In this document: one piece after another, positions 1 through 12,827 of the stretch | Numbering within the stretch: position 1 is the first letter of the stretch | Layout of the letters: the number at the start of each line of letters is the position of its first letter | From: Octopus vulgaris | Lineage: Eukaryota | Assembly: GCA_951406725.2 (NCBI GenBank) | Contig: OX597823.1 | Span: forward strand, 99,200,001-99,264,000 | DNA: 64,000 bases | Direction: 5' to 3' | Notes under the pieces: generated by a model | Seen by the model: the letters and a program-made list of their open reading frames with translations, nothing else | Told to the model about the DNA's origin: nothing | Database searches by the model: none | Program-made: the position numbers and the translations under genes

Positions 1-600
1 AATAGACATCACAAATACTCAGAAAACAGATTCCATTACACTCCAGGGGAAGAAACTAGAAGTAGTTGATAGTTTCCGCTACCTAGGTGACCAAGTTAGT
101 AGTGGGGGTGGATGCTCAGAGAGTGTCACCACTAGAATACAAATAGCCTGGGCAAAGTTTAGAAAGCCTCTACCCCTACTGGTGACAAAGGGTCTCTCGC
201 TCAGAGTGAAAGGTAGATTGTATGATGCATGTGTACGAACTGCCATGCTTCACGGTAGTGAAACATGGGCTGTGACTACAGAGAACATGCGTAGGCTTGA
301 AAGAAATGAAGGTAGCATGATCCGCTGGATGTGTAATGTCAGTGTGCACACACGACAGAGTGTAAGCGCCCTGAGAGAAATGCTGGACATAAGAAGCATG
401 CAAGAGAGATGTTTGCACTGGTATTGTCATGGATGAGGAGAGATGTGTGAAGAAGGAATCCGGGGTAGAGGTAGACCCAGAAAGACATGGGATGAGGTGG
501 TCAAGCATGACCTTCGAATGTTGGGCCTCACAGAGACAATGACGAAAGACTGAGATCTCTGGAGATATGCTGTGACTGCAAAGACCCGACAAATAACATC
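1..600 (+). mobile_element. RTE-clade LINE, 3' part of RT ORF, decayed (runs off window start)
   Basis: ORF 182-436 KGRLYDACVRTAMLHGSETW...IRWMCNVS and a downstream GRGRPRKTW motif typical of RTE C-termini; homologous to the copy at 49740-50250. Confidence 0.85.
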
Positions 601-814
601 AGTTTATGGCTGTTTCCTGCACCAACAAATAACGTGAGTTCATGGCTGTTTCCTGCACCAGCTTCATATAGAAGCCCCAGCCCATCAAAAGTAACTTGGA
701 TCACAGGATGGCCTGCTGTGCTTACCTTGGATTGTAGGGCGACCTGCTGTGCTTGAGGAGATCTATTGAGTCAAGTACATCAACATCAAGATAAAAATTA
801 AATGGAAATTGTAG

Positions 815-1140
815 TTGTGATACCTGTGCCAGTGGCACGTAAAAAGCACCATCTGAACATGGCCGATGCCAGCGCTGCCTTGACTAGCTTCCATGCCAGT
901 AGCACATAAAAAGCACCAACTGATAGTGGCCGTTGCCAGCCTCCCCTGGCACCTGTGCTGGTGGCACGTAAAAAGCACCAACTACACTCACGGAGTGGTT
1001 GGCGTTAGGAAGGGCATCCAGCTATAGAAATACTGCCAGATCAGACTGGAGCCTGGTCTAGCCTCCTGACTTCTCAGACCCCGGTCAAACCATCCAACCC
1101 ATGCTAGCATGGAAAACAGACGTTAAACGATGATGATGAT
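815..1140 (+). mobile_element. SINE-like repeat with tandem GTGGCACGTAAAAAGCACC modules and (GAT)n tail
   Basis: Three internal modules, then GGCGTTAGGAAGGGCATCCAG, CATGCTAGCATGG and GACGTTAAACGATGATGAT; the same family recurs at about 8725, 33210, 42163, 45835, 48500 and 51345. Confidence 0.75.
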
Positions 1141-1162
1141 GTAAATGCATACAACGGAATCA

Positions 1163-1196
<34 letters not shown>

Positions 1197-1417
1197 GGTA
1201 TATTATATTATTCTTATCAGATAAAGTATAAACAGAGGAAAGAGAAAATTATTAAAAGAGAAATAATAGTGGGATTTAAATAATCAATCTGTAGGAATGA
1301 AAAGGTCTATAAATGAGGAACACACACACACTTATATATATATATGATGTTCAGATGTTCAGAATACTGGATGGTTGTAAAAATATATATTTATTTACAT
1401 ATCACATATTATTACTT

Positions 1418-1460
1418 CATATTAGCGCTTTCAACTACTCCTGTAGTTTCATCAGAAATG
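1418..1460 (-). ncRNA. Minimal type I hammerhead ribozyme motif (Penelope-type)
   Basis: Minus strand reads cattt-CTGATGA-aactac(agga)gtagtt-GAAA-gcgc-TA-atatg: intact core, perfect 6-bp stem II, palindromic GCGC loop III, stem I 4/5 bp. Confidence 0.7.
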
Positions 1461-2039
1461 TCAGTTTAAAAATTTTTGCCTGTATTTATATTATTGGTAA
1501 ATGAAGTGGGGAGAGAGAGTGTGTGTGTGTATATATATAATGGGGAAGGTGAAAGAGAGAATATGGGTGTGTGTGTTTTAAAACTGTATTTTTCTCTTTT
1601 TTCTTTTTTGGGTCTTTTTGTATTTTTTGGATGACACTTGTAAGAAATGGAAAGAGAGAAGGAAAAAGAGGGTTTGTTTTTCAATAGTAGGCATTGCTAT
1701 GTATACCCACACATATATCCCTACATATAAACATATATATATCCACATACACTCACATATACATATAGAGGAACCTATTGTGTGTGTACATTTTCATAAA
1801 CATTCATACATACATGTACTGTGTGATCTTGAAAATGAGAAAGAAAGAAAGGGAAAAAAATAAAAAATTAAAATATAAAGAAAATGTTGTGTCCATTCTT
1901 CACATATGTGTGTCTGTATGTGTGTGTGTATGTATGTACACATATTGATATGTGTTTAGGTGTATATATATGTATATCAAACTTTGAATGGTCAACCACC
2001 TGTTCTTTTAGAAACCCAAGGGAGTGCCAAGTGAAGAAT

Positions 2040-2507
2040 TATTTTTTTTGATTTTTTTTTTGTTAAATATTTAGGTAATTAGATATTGACTATAACTGAG
2101 ATTAGATTATTTGTGAGTTTATTATGTTTTTTTAAAGCCATATTATATCTAAATAGATAAATACATTTTCTATCTATTCTTACCTTAAAAATTAATATTT
2201 AACATTATAATCGATTGTATGACATACTCATAATCGTTAAAGTTTCTAGTTTGATAATAGAGTTTTTTTATAAGAATAATTATTATTTTATTTATTTCTT
2301 AAAAAAATCTTGTTTAAATATATTTGATTATTTATTTAACTATTATCATTAACCTGAAGATTGACTATAATCATAATTCGAATTATTAATTGAATTTAAA
2401 TTATTGTTATTCGAATTAGGTTATGGGCATGAAACGATTGTAGTGGTTTTAATTTTTATCTTATATTAAACTTTTTAATACATATATATATTTAATAAAA
2501 GAAAAAT

Positions 2508-2541
<34 letters not shown>

Positions 2542-2700
2542 GAATTTATAAATATAAATTAATAATTTTAAATTTTTAACTTTAAATTTAAATTTTGAAT
2601 TTTATATTTTATATTAATTAATTTTATTTCTGTTTTGGATTATGTTTTTCACTGTTTGATTTGCCTAATAGTGGTTTTATCTCTAATTTAATTTTTATAT
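2040..2700 (+). mobile_element. AT-rich non-coding repeat carrying a hammerhead-like motif (putative non-autonomous Penelope-like element), copy 1
   Basis: Colinear similarity to 63330-63904; CTGAAGA (2354-2360), long hairpin, GAAAC-gatt-GTA (2431-2442); ends in (TA)n. Confidence 0.6.
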
Positions 2701-2710
2701 ATATATATAT

Positions 2711-4660
2711 ATAATGAAATTATTGTATACAGTGCTCAGGTGCTCCACAACTTGTCAGAAAGTGCGTATAGAGTATATGCAGTAATGTACAAATGTCTAG
2801 AAAGCGAACAATGTATGAGTCAGATACGTGCTTGTGTGTGTATGGAGGAGAGAAAATCAGGTGTAGTGTTGGCAAATCTCAGAAAGCACGGAAGTTTTGA
2901 AGGATGCAGTGTTCCGACAACTAACAACTGATGCCAGCAGTTTGTTCCATGCTTCAGCAACTCTCAGCGTGAAAAAATGTTTCCTGAAGTCATGGGAGCT
3001 GTGCTGTTTTCTGACTTTGTAAATATGTCCACGGGTGTTAGACGGGTGGAGTTTGAAAAGGTGCTCAGAGTTATTGTTTGTAAGATGGTTGATAATTTTA
3101 TGGATGTCTGCCAAGTCAGCTGCCAGACGTCGGAGTTTCAATGTGTCCATGCCCAGGGAAGTAAGGCGTTCAGAATATGGCAAATGCCTGATGGAGGGTA
3201 TTCTTTTGGTTGCACATCGCTGAACGGCTTCCAGACGATTCATATCCTGGGCAAGATAGGGGTTCCAGACCGGTGATGCAGATAGATAGTCGGAGAGCGG
3301 CTCACAAAGGATTTGGTGAGTGATGCCAAGACACCCTCAGCCTTCTTGACAATTTTAGCGATTTGTTTTGTCCAACGCAAATCACTGTCGACAATAACAC
3401 CCAGGTCACGTTCACATGAAGACTTTTTGAGATTAGTGTTTCTCCTCCAAAAATGCATGGTGGTACATTTGCCCACAGCCAGCTTGAGTTGCCAGTCCAT
3501 GATCCACTGCTGCATTGTGTCCAGGTCTGCTTGCAATAGAGATCTATAGTGTACAGGATCTGACCTCTTTATTTCGAGGTACAGCTTGATGTCATCTGCA
3601 TATTTCAGCACTGTGGCATTCTTTAAGTTGGCATCTATGTCATTAACATAAGCAACAAATAAAAGGGGGCCAAGAACAGATCCCTGTGGTACACCAGATG
3701 TCATCTCATAGGGCGAAGAGTGCTGTCCTAGAACTGTGACAACCTCTTTTCGGCCGAAAATAAAGGACTTCAACCAGTTATAGAGTTCGTCTCCTATGCC
3801 CAGCGCAGAGAGCTTCACCATAAGTCTTTTGTGTGGCACAGAGTTAAAAGCCTTAGCAAAGTTCAGGTAAACAACATCCACCCAGTATCCGCGATCAATG
3901 ATTTGGGTAACGTCCTCAAGAAACTCAATGAGTTGATTACAGCAGCTGGAGCTAGGAATAAATCCAAATTGTGATGGCTGGATGAGGCTGTGAGACTTCC
4001 AGAAGTTCCAGAGGGTTTCCCTGATACAGGATTCCATCAGTTTGGTGATGCAGCTAGTAAGACTAACGGCGCGATAGTTGACAGGCGATGTGCGGTCACC
4101 TTTTTTGAACAGAGGGATAATACTGGCAGTTTTCCACTGCTCTGGAGTAACACCATTGTCAAGACAGAATTGGAAGAATAGAGAAAGTTGGCTTAGAAGA
4201 AAGTACCCACCGCGTTTGAGAAGTAGGTATGTAACACCATCGAGACCAGGAGAGGCATAGTTGCGTTTATTCTTAAGGTGGCGTTGTAGCATTGCTGGTG
4301 TAAATTGCATAGTAGATATAGAGTCCGGTGTCAGTGGTGATGAAGATGGAACATTTTGGTCTTCGACAGTAAAGATGCCGGCATAGCATCCAACAATGAT
4401 TTCTGCACATTCTTCGGGATTGCCAGTAATCTGTCCTGTGTGGGGATTGCGAAGGGGACCAACTGGAGAGTGAAGTCTCTGCTTTGAGTGCACATACTTC
4501 CAGAACACTTTGCTGTCAGGGTTGGTTGCAATGCGTTGTTCAAATTCAAGTACTGCCTTTTTTGTCACCTGCTTGAGGTGGTTGGCTGACCTATTGCGCT
4601 TTTTCCTGTTGCTCTCTGATTTGTGCAATTTGTATTCCTGTTCAGCATTACGGCGTTCTT
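2711..4660 (-). mobile_element. CR1-type LINE, 5'-truncated, copy 1
   Basis: ORFs 3240-4628 and 2857-3243 with RT motifs (YRAVSLTS, QFGF, AKAF, GVPQGSVLGP, YADD) and CR1-like C-terminus (RKHFFTLRVAEAWNKL); 27-nt and 40-nt deletions relative to copy 2. Confidence 0.92.
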
Positions 4661-5201
4661 TCTTTCTTTCTTTATATATATACTTTATTATATATACTTT
4701 CTATATATACTTTATTAAAAAGCAGCATAAATATCATAAAAACTGTTACTCATTGTTTCAAGTTTCCGTTCGTCGGACAGTCTTGTTTATATATATAATT
4801 TTGCTTGACAAAATATTTTTCTGCCTAGTCGGCTTTCATTATGATAAAGCTTTTGAAAATTTTCATCCTTTTCGTTAATTTGATACTGAACACGAATACA
4901 TTCCGAGAATAAAGAATGTAAAAGAATAAATTTTCGAACAAAAACAGAATAGCAGATCGGAATAACCGAATGATTCGGCTGCTTCATTCTTTAACTCTTG
5001 AATAACCAACAGACGGTGATGCTTTGTTGACGGTTTTCTCTGAGCATGTTTCTTCATTTGTTTTATATATTTAGTGCGTGAATGTTCCTGGTCAAACAGC
5101 TAACGAATTATAATTCCAGAGCTATCAGTAGACAACTGACATTTCCTCGTCGACAGCTTATTTCTAAAGGATTTTCTTTATATTCTGTTGTTTTCACAAA
5201 A

Positions 5202-5350
5202 ATGGAAGACATCGCCACCATGTTTCAGAATGCTGAAGAACTGGCAAGTTTTGGCAGACGGGAAGAAGCAATGAATCGATACTCTCAGTTCATAGATCTT
5301 GTTGAGTGTAAGCTAAAGGTGCTTCCGAACGAACCAGTAAAATTTAAACT
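5202..5350 (+). CDS. TTC32: TPR protein TTC32-like, exon 1 of 3
   Basis: ATG 5202, MEDIATMFQNAEELASFGRREEAMNRYSQFI...; donor CT|GTAAGA, phase 2 matches exon 2. Confidence 0.75.
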
Positions 5351-6521
5351 GTAAGAGTTCCTTAATTTTTTTGTCTTCTATGTTTACCAATCTTTTATCG
5401 TATAACTTCCTCCCTCTGCTTCATGTCTATGACCCTCTCAATATAGTCAACAAAATAGTTATAGCCAAGTAAATCACACACTATGCTCTTAAACGAAAGA
5501 ACCAAAGAAAAAAGAGCTACGAACAGATTTCATAAGGTGACTCTAGAATGCTATATCTAAATATAAATAAATAAAATACAAGCAAAAGAGACGGAATGGT
5601 CACGAACGGAATGTCATATCATCATGGGACTGTTTCGATCAGCGCTTGTCTGTGACTGCGTTTACCATTATACTACCTACGTCTTTCATAGCTTAGAAAA
5701 TCTGCTGCATTACTATTATATGCAGCAGATCAAGTAGACCTATGGAGCAAAGGCGTTCCATTTATGGCTATCCCGCATTATATGTAGCGTTTTTAGGCCT
5801 ACATTATCCAACTGTTCCTATGAAGACGGTAATGTATTTCAGGTAACCTCTACGATAGTCGAGTGACTGCATAGAGCTTCCCCCTCTTTAAACCGACATC
5901 GTGTGTGTGTGTGTACATATTGGTAAATACGAGTATTTGTATAGATGACTGCCTTACCTATCCGTCCCGGTGGATCGTTAGGGTATCTTTGTTTTATTAT
6001 GGCCCTTGTTCTAAATACCATCGCCCCCCGCTGCCATCGGAGATCAACTTCACCTTTCGTCTTTCTGGAGGGCGAAATAATATTTTCCGTAAAGTATCCT
6101 AGATGTGAATAGAATTAATTATAATGGAAGACCAAGACTAAAAACACATTTGGCGAATTCCAGATTGGTTTTTCAACTAATCCATTAAACAAAACAATGT
6201 AACGGAGACAAGCCAACGTGGATACTTTTATGTGTTGCTATACCTGCTAGAAATAACAGTCAATCTTCAAATCACGCTCTACCATCTTTAAACGGATAGG
6301 AAGAGAAAGAAAGACACCTTGGATGCTGTAATTCTTGATACAGTGTGCCTGGAAAAATGATGGGATGGTCATTGTTGGAAGGTTTTTGACCATACAATTA
6401 CAAGTGACCTTGGGCTAAACAACAAAAGCTGTTTAAATCGAGCTTGGTTGGTTATATTATAGGGTAATTAAATGTTTTTAATTTTAAATAATCACCACGG
6501 ACAAAAACATTTACAACGACT

Positions 6522-6526
<5 letters not shown>

Positions 6527-6592
<66 letters not shown>
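6527..6592. repeat. (GA)n microsatellite
   Basis: Uninterrupted GA run in TTC32 intron 1. Confidence 0.95.
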
Positions 6593-6597
<5 letters not shown>

Positions 6598-7369
6598 GGA
6601 ACGAAAATACCAAAATCTTTTGACGCTAATTTCTGAAATTCTCGATCTTTATTCATTTTTTAGTTCAGCACAAGTCATATAGTGGGAATCAACTCTACTA
6701 TACTGTTGGAAATAATTTTATCTATCTTTTCACCCTCCGTCATATCAGTAGAAGATACCGTTGTATCGCTTTTGAGCTCTACTAATTACATCGACTCTCA
6801 ATGAAGAAATTTTAATTGTTGAAGTTTAGATTATCTCTGGTCGAACAAACTTCAGATCAAAGATATTCCAGCCATGGTCGTTTCGCCCCCCTCTTCCTGC
6901 TCCGGGCGGATAGTATATCCAGGCCTATTGTATTAGCCAAAGTTTAAAATATAAATTTGGGCTTTATGTTAAACCCAATTTTATATAGATTAATAGATTT
7001 CCTAAATGAAACAGGCTATTGAAAAGCTTTCCCTTGCGAGACACTCATCTAACAATTGCTTTCCTGTGTGTCGATCGAGTGGATGATATGGTTAAGGGCA
7101 GGGTTCATGCAAAATCAAATATTTTACCTGTTGTAATACGTAAATTGAAAGAGTGTTTGCTCTTTCTAACCTATTTCTATTGTTATTGTTCACTTACTTA
7201 TGTTAATTGCCTTCACAGTGTTTACCGTTTTACAAAATTAAATTTGAAAATTGGACAAAATACAGAACACAATTGAAACAAATTAAAGAGAAAAAAAGGA
7301 AAAAACCAAAACAATTCACCACCTTGGGTTGAAAAGTTGGAGGCGCTGATAAACCTTTCTGGTGGCTAT

Positions 7370-7995
7370 TGAGGCACACCAACATGCAGCGGTGCTGCGG
7401 GTGATGTCGAAGCTGATGTGCTGGAACAGCCAAGCGCCCTCACAAGCCTCACCAGTTACCTCTGCAAGACAAGTTGCCAGTGAAGACAGGAAACTCGCAG
7501 TTAGTGGTCTGACCCCACCAAACGTCTTGAATGTCACAGGATGGAAAACGCAGTTGGCTGACAGGTCGCAGTATTTCAGGATTTTGTTCCGCTCAGCCAC
7601 AGCAGCTGTGGATCTCACCCTGGCCACAGCATCTAGGATGAGAAGAAGCAAAGGAGTCACTAACTGTGACATCCCAAATAAGGCATCTGCCTTGCGACCA
7701 GGGGCACAGGGTAGGCCGTCAGGTCTCTTCCCATCACATCTGGATAATCCAAATGGTTCCAAGATGGAGGGAATGTTTGCCGTGGCCAAGCTCCTCTTGA
7801 GTATCAGGTTCAACTCTGTATGACACGCGAAGTGACCAACATTCAGGCAGCAAGAAAGGCCATGGAGGACTGTGGAGTTGAGGAGTTTGCCACAACAACA
7901 GATCAAACCCGTGCATATATCAGCTCCCACTCTGAGGGCAATGGAGACACAAAGTTCGTCCAAGCTGAGTAGGCCACCAACATTAGCCACAGGGA
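7370..7995 (-). mobile_element. CRE-like (restriction-like endonuclease) non-LTR retrotransposon C-terminal fragment
   Basis: ORF 7316-7990: CCCGK...HGLSC zinc knuckle, EPFGLSRCDGKRPDG, AERNKILKY and HPVTFKTFG, matching the RLE domain of early-branching non-LTR elements; frameshifted. Confidence 0.75.
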
Positions 7996-9444
7996 TGACA
8001 ACAACAATCCACTCACCTGAGTATTTGATGCTAGCAGACAGTAAATGGCACCAAAGTATTTTTCATTTTATTCAAACATTAATGTGGGATTCAAGGGAGA
8101 TTTGACAGCTAAAACTCAGGAAAAGTTGTAGGATTAGGAAGTTAACTTCACAATAACAGGTTTCCAAATTTGATTCCACTGGTAAGCAGCTTAACTTCTA
8201 TTATAGGCTTGTGTGTGAAATTGGGTTGGTAGAGACTATACAAAAGCTCATCAGATGGACTACTTGTCACCTGGTTCATCACTACTGCCTAACCCTTTAT
8301 TCTGTCACAAGCATTCAAACTAGGTGTCCGGACTAAAGGCATCAAAATCTTTCTCCCTTTTTCTCAAGAGCTTTGGAAGCCCTGAAAATAGTTGTGGATG
8401 CTGTCCTTTTTCCTCAGACTAAACCACACAATAAATACATGAATATATAAAAAGGGCTTCCTCATTAGCTCAGGGCTACTTTTCATTGCTATTTTACCTG
8501 TTCAATTTAACAACTTACTCCCTCCCTACTAGCTTTGAAATCCTGCATCTTAGCCCAGATAAAATGTGATGACCACAGTTAGAAATGCCAATTGACTATT
8601 TCATCTGAGTTTACTGCTTCTGTGCCCATAGTCCTTGTGAAGCTAATTGCTACATCAGGGACAGTTCTAATCCTTTATCTAAAATATGTAAATGCAACCT
8701 CCTGTTTGATTGTCCCTTGATTACCTGTGCTGGTGCCACATATTTTACAGTACACTCTGTATAGTGGTTGGTGTTAGAAAGGGCATCTAACTGTGGAAAC
8801 CATGCTATGTTAGGGCAGGGGAAATAAACACTGGTTGTCAAATGGAGAGAGACAATCACAACTTCTTCCCTGCACCCACATGTAAGTGCAGTCTTCCAAC
8901 TTGCCAGATCCTGTCAAACTATCTCACTCATGGCAGCATGGAAGGAGGATATTAAATGATGATGAAGATGTCATCTATATATGATGGGTGTTACACATAC
9001 TCATGTCAAATTCATTCACAAGACATCAGTCAGCCTGGAGCAACAGTAAAAGATACTTGCCCAAGATGCCATGCAGTGGAACTGAACCTGAACCCATGGA
9101 ATTACAAAACATACTTCTTAACCACACACCTTTGTCTGTACCTAGATAAAGGATATTCAGAATCAATTAAAAATATTATTTTTCTCCACTTCAAAAGTAA
9201 TTTTTTCTTTTTATTTCATATCTTTTAAATATAATATATTTTGTATTATTTTCTACTCTTGTGCAAAGCTCTGAATTTTTCGGTAAGTTTTTTTTCTTGA
9301 ATTGATTCATTTTGCAACTGTAATTTGATTTCTAGTTAAAACTTTCATTAATGCTCTTCAGAAATACATGATTGATACAACTTCCCATTTCCCTTTGCCT
9401 GACATAATTTCCATGTAAGGAATTGTCATTCATTTCCATTGTAG

Positions 9445-9599
9445 ACAAGAACAGATTGCTCTGGCATACAACAATCGTGGTCATCTTCGATATTTGAATG
9501 TTGACTTTCCTGAAGCTGTTAGTGATTATACAAAAGGTTTAGATCATACACAACTTCCAGTAACCTATTATAACCGAGGACTTATTCATTACAGGCTTG
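9445..9599 (+). CDS. TTC32: TTC32-like exon 2 of 3
   Basis: AG acceptor 9443-44; QEQIALAYNNRGHLRYLNVDFPEAVSDYTKG...YYNRGLIHYRL closely follows vertebrate TTC32 (AYNNRG...VDF...YYNRGL..YRLG); donor G|GTGAGT. Confidence 0.9.
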
Positions 9600-10359
9600 G
9601 TGAGTTTATTGCACATTTTTTTTTTTTTTTATCATTGTTACAAAATCTGAAGATATATTAATTCTTCAGTTATCAGACTGGTGTTTCTTTATAAAACAAA
9701 AATCTTTCTGCAAACTGTTTTGGAGCTAATTTTGTTCAACTGAGCTTTGAATTTTAAGATTAATCACTCTAAAAAAATTTGTCATTTAACTAATCTAAGT
9801 CAGGTTTATATATATACTAGCTTTTGGACCCGATTTCATTTGGGTCTGTTCTTGAACTGCCTCATTTTAAAAACATGAAAAGTTTTTTAAAATAACGAAA
9901 AGTTTATTAAAAAATTAATTGGATAAAGGCAAGTATGCAAATGGATAATAGTCTCTCAAAAAGCCATCACTCACATACAACTCAATTTCGCAGAATCAGT
10001 GTCGCAACGTGAATGCATGAGTCAATAGTTTGACTGGCAGAAGTGATCAGGTTGCACATGCCAGTCCTTTTGAGACTACCACTCTTGTTTTTTCCAATCC
10101 TAAAAGACAAAATGCAAACTGAATGGTTTGGAAAAATGGGAAAGGAAAAATTTTAAAGGGAGGGTGGCGCATAGACAACTGGTGTTCAATAAGAAGAAAG
10201 AGTTGTGTAGCATTGAGAGGACGGCGTGGAATTTTTAAGGTGACTGTGAGTGAAAAAGGAAAAAAATGTTAAATACGGGTGAACAGTCTTCATCAAAATA
10301 AAAACACATAGCTTACAGTTGTATTTGAAATGACGCAACCATTGAAAAGGCAATATAGA

Positions 10360-12187
10360 CAGTTAGTCCCCTTCGCAATCCCCACACAGGACAGATTACT
10401 GGCAATCCCAAAGAATGTGCAGAAATCATTGCTGGATGCTATGCCGGCATCTTTACTGTTGAAGACCAAAATGTTCCATCTTCATCACCACTGACATCGG
10501 ACTCCATATCTACTATGCTATTTACACCAGCAATGCTGCAACGCCACCTTAAGAATAAACGCAATTATGCCTCTCCTGGTCTCGATGGTGTTACATACCT
10601 ACTTCTCAAACGCGGTGGGTACTTTCTTCTAAGCCAACTTTCTCTATTCTTCCAATTCTGTTTTGACAATGGTGTTACTCCAGAACAGTGGAAAACTGCC
10701 AGTGTCATCCCTCTGTTCAAAAAAGGCGACCGCACATCACCTGCCAACTATCGCCCCATCAGTCTTACTAGCTGCATCACCAAACTGATGGAATCCTGTA
10801 TCAGAGAAACCCTCTGGAACTTCTGGAAGTCTCACAGCCTCATCCAGCCGTCACAATTCGGATTTATTCCTAACTCCAGCTGCTGTAATCAACTCATCGA
10901 GTTTCTTGAGGACGTTACCCAAATCACTGATCGCGGATCCTGGGTGGATGTTGTTTACCTGGACTTTGCTAAGGCTTTTAACTCTGTGCCATACAAAAGA
11001 CTTATGGTGAAGCTTTCTGCGTTGGGTGTAAGAGATGAGCTCTATAACTGGTTGAAGTCCTTTATTTTCGGCCAAAAAGAGGTTGTCACAGTTCTAGGAC
11101 AGCACTCTTCGCCCTATGAGATGACATCTGGTGTACCACAGGGATCTGTTCTTGGCCCCCTTTTATTTGTTGCTTATGTTAATGACATAGATGCCAACTT
11201 AAAGAATGCCACAGTGCTGAAATATGCAGATGACATCAAGCTGTACCTCGAAATAAAGAGGTCAAATCCTGTACACTATAGATCCCTATTGCAAGCAGAC
11301 CTGGACACAATGCAGCAGTAGATCATGGACTGGCAACTCAAGCTGGCTGTGGGCAAATGTACCACCATGCATTTTGGGAGGAGAAACCCAGTGTCCACCT
11401 ACTCCCTCCACAACACTAGTCTCAAAAAGTCTTCATGTGAACGTGACCTGGGTGTTATTGTCGACAGTGATTTGCGTTGGACAAAACAAATCGCTAAAAT
11501 TGTCAAGAAGGCTGAGGGTGTCTTGGCATCACTCACCAAATCCTTTGTGAGCCGCTCTCCAGCTATCTATCTGTGGCTTTATATAGCTATGGTAAGACCT
11601 CACCTGGAATTTGCATCACCGGTCTGGAACCCCTATCTTGCCCAGGATATGAATCGTCTGGAAGCCATTCGGCGACGTGCAACCAAAAGAATACCCTCCA
11701 TCAGTCATTTGCCATATCCTGAATGCCTTACTTCCCTGGGCATGGACACATTGAAACTCCGACATCTGGCAGCTGACTTGGCAGACACCCATAAAATTAT
11801 TAACCATCTTACAAACAATAACTCTGAGCACCTTTTCAAACTCCACCCATCTAATACCCATGGACATATTTACAAAGTCAGAAAACAGCACAGCTCCCAT
11901 GACTTCAGGAAACATTTTTTCACGCTGAGAGTTGCTGAAGCGTGGAACAAACTGCCGGCATCAATTGTTAGTTGTCGGAGCACTGCATCCTTCAAAACTT
12001 CCATGCTTTCTGAGATTCGCCAACACTACATCTGATTTTCTCCCCTCCATACACACACAAGCATGTATCTGACTCATACATTGTTCGCTTTCCAAACATT
12101 TTTACATTACTGCATATACTCTATACGCACTTTCTGACAAGTTGTGGTGCACCTGAGCACTGTATACAATAATTTCATTATTATTAT
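10360..12187 (+). mobile_element. CR1-type LINE, 5'-truncated, copy 2
   Basis: ORFs 10515-11321 and 11325-12035 split by one TAG; RT motifs YLDFAKAF, GVPQGSVLGP, YADD; (ATT)n tail; near-identical to copy 1. Confidence 0.93.
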
Positions 12188-12827
12188 AGCATGATGGGGG
12201 CCACTAAGGATTCTAAAAAAGCATGGAAAATAAGTGAATTTAATAAGCTTAACAACTAACAAAAACGTATTGGTTTACATAGAATGAAGTGTTAACCAAA
12301 AAGTGAAAAGATAATAAAATGAAGAAATATAGCTCATTTTAAAATTAATGTTCAAAGAAGTAGTAAACCATTGCAATTTTTTGAAGAAATCGAGAGGCAT
12401 TTATTTCTATGACCCTTGAATTAAGATCTCTAAGTAGCAATCGAATAAAAGTAATTCAGCTTTAATAATGGACCAATCTATCCATGCAAGTAAGATAAAG
12501 TAAAAATGCGATAGTATTGTATTGTGGGATACTATTGATGCGTCATTAATTAAAAAATCAATAAGCCTTCTCGGTGAAACAGGAAAAAATCACGCCTGTC
12601 ATCTCGTGCCACTAAATCAAGAAAATAAAATTAAAAATAACCGTAAACGTGATTATTTTTGTACTTAGCGGCAGAATTTTTGAATGAATCAAAATCCCAA
12701 AACTATTTCTCATCAAATCCTACAGAGTGGTATAATTTTTATGTAGAACAAATCAAAGATGCAAGCAGTAACCACAGCTTTTGAGATGGATATTTCTAAC
12801 CTAGTCCAGTCGCTTCCTCACCTCATT

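Noticed and set aside
2040-2700. Mitochondrial control region or rRNA NUMT
   Set aside because: Very AT-rich, but no recognisable mt tRNA, rRNA or protein motif; the second copy has retroelement-like inverted ends. Not excluded without BLAST
5082-5201. N-terminal extension of TTC32 from upstream in-frame ATG 5082
   Set aside because: ATG 5202 has a better context (AAAATGG) and gives a length matching known TTC32 proteins; the extension cannot be confirmed
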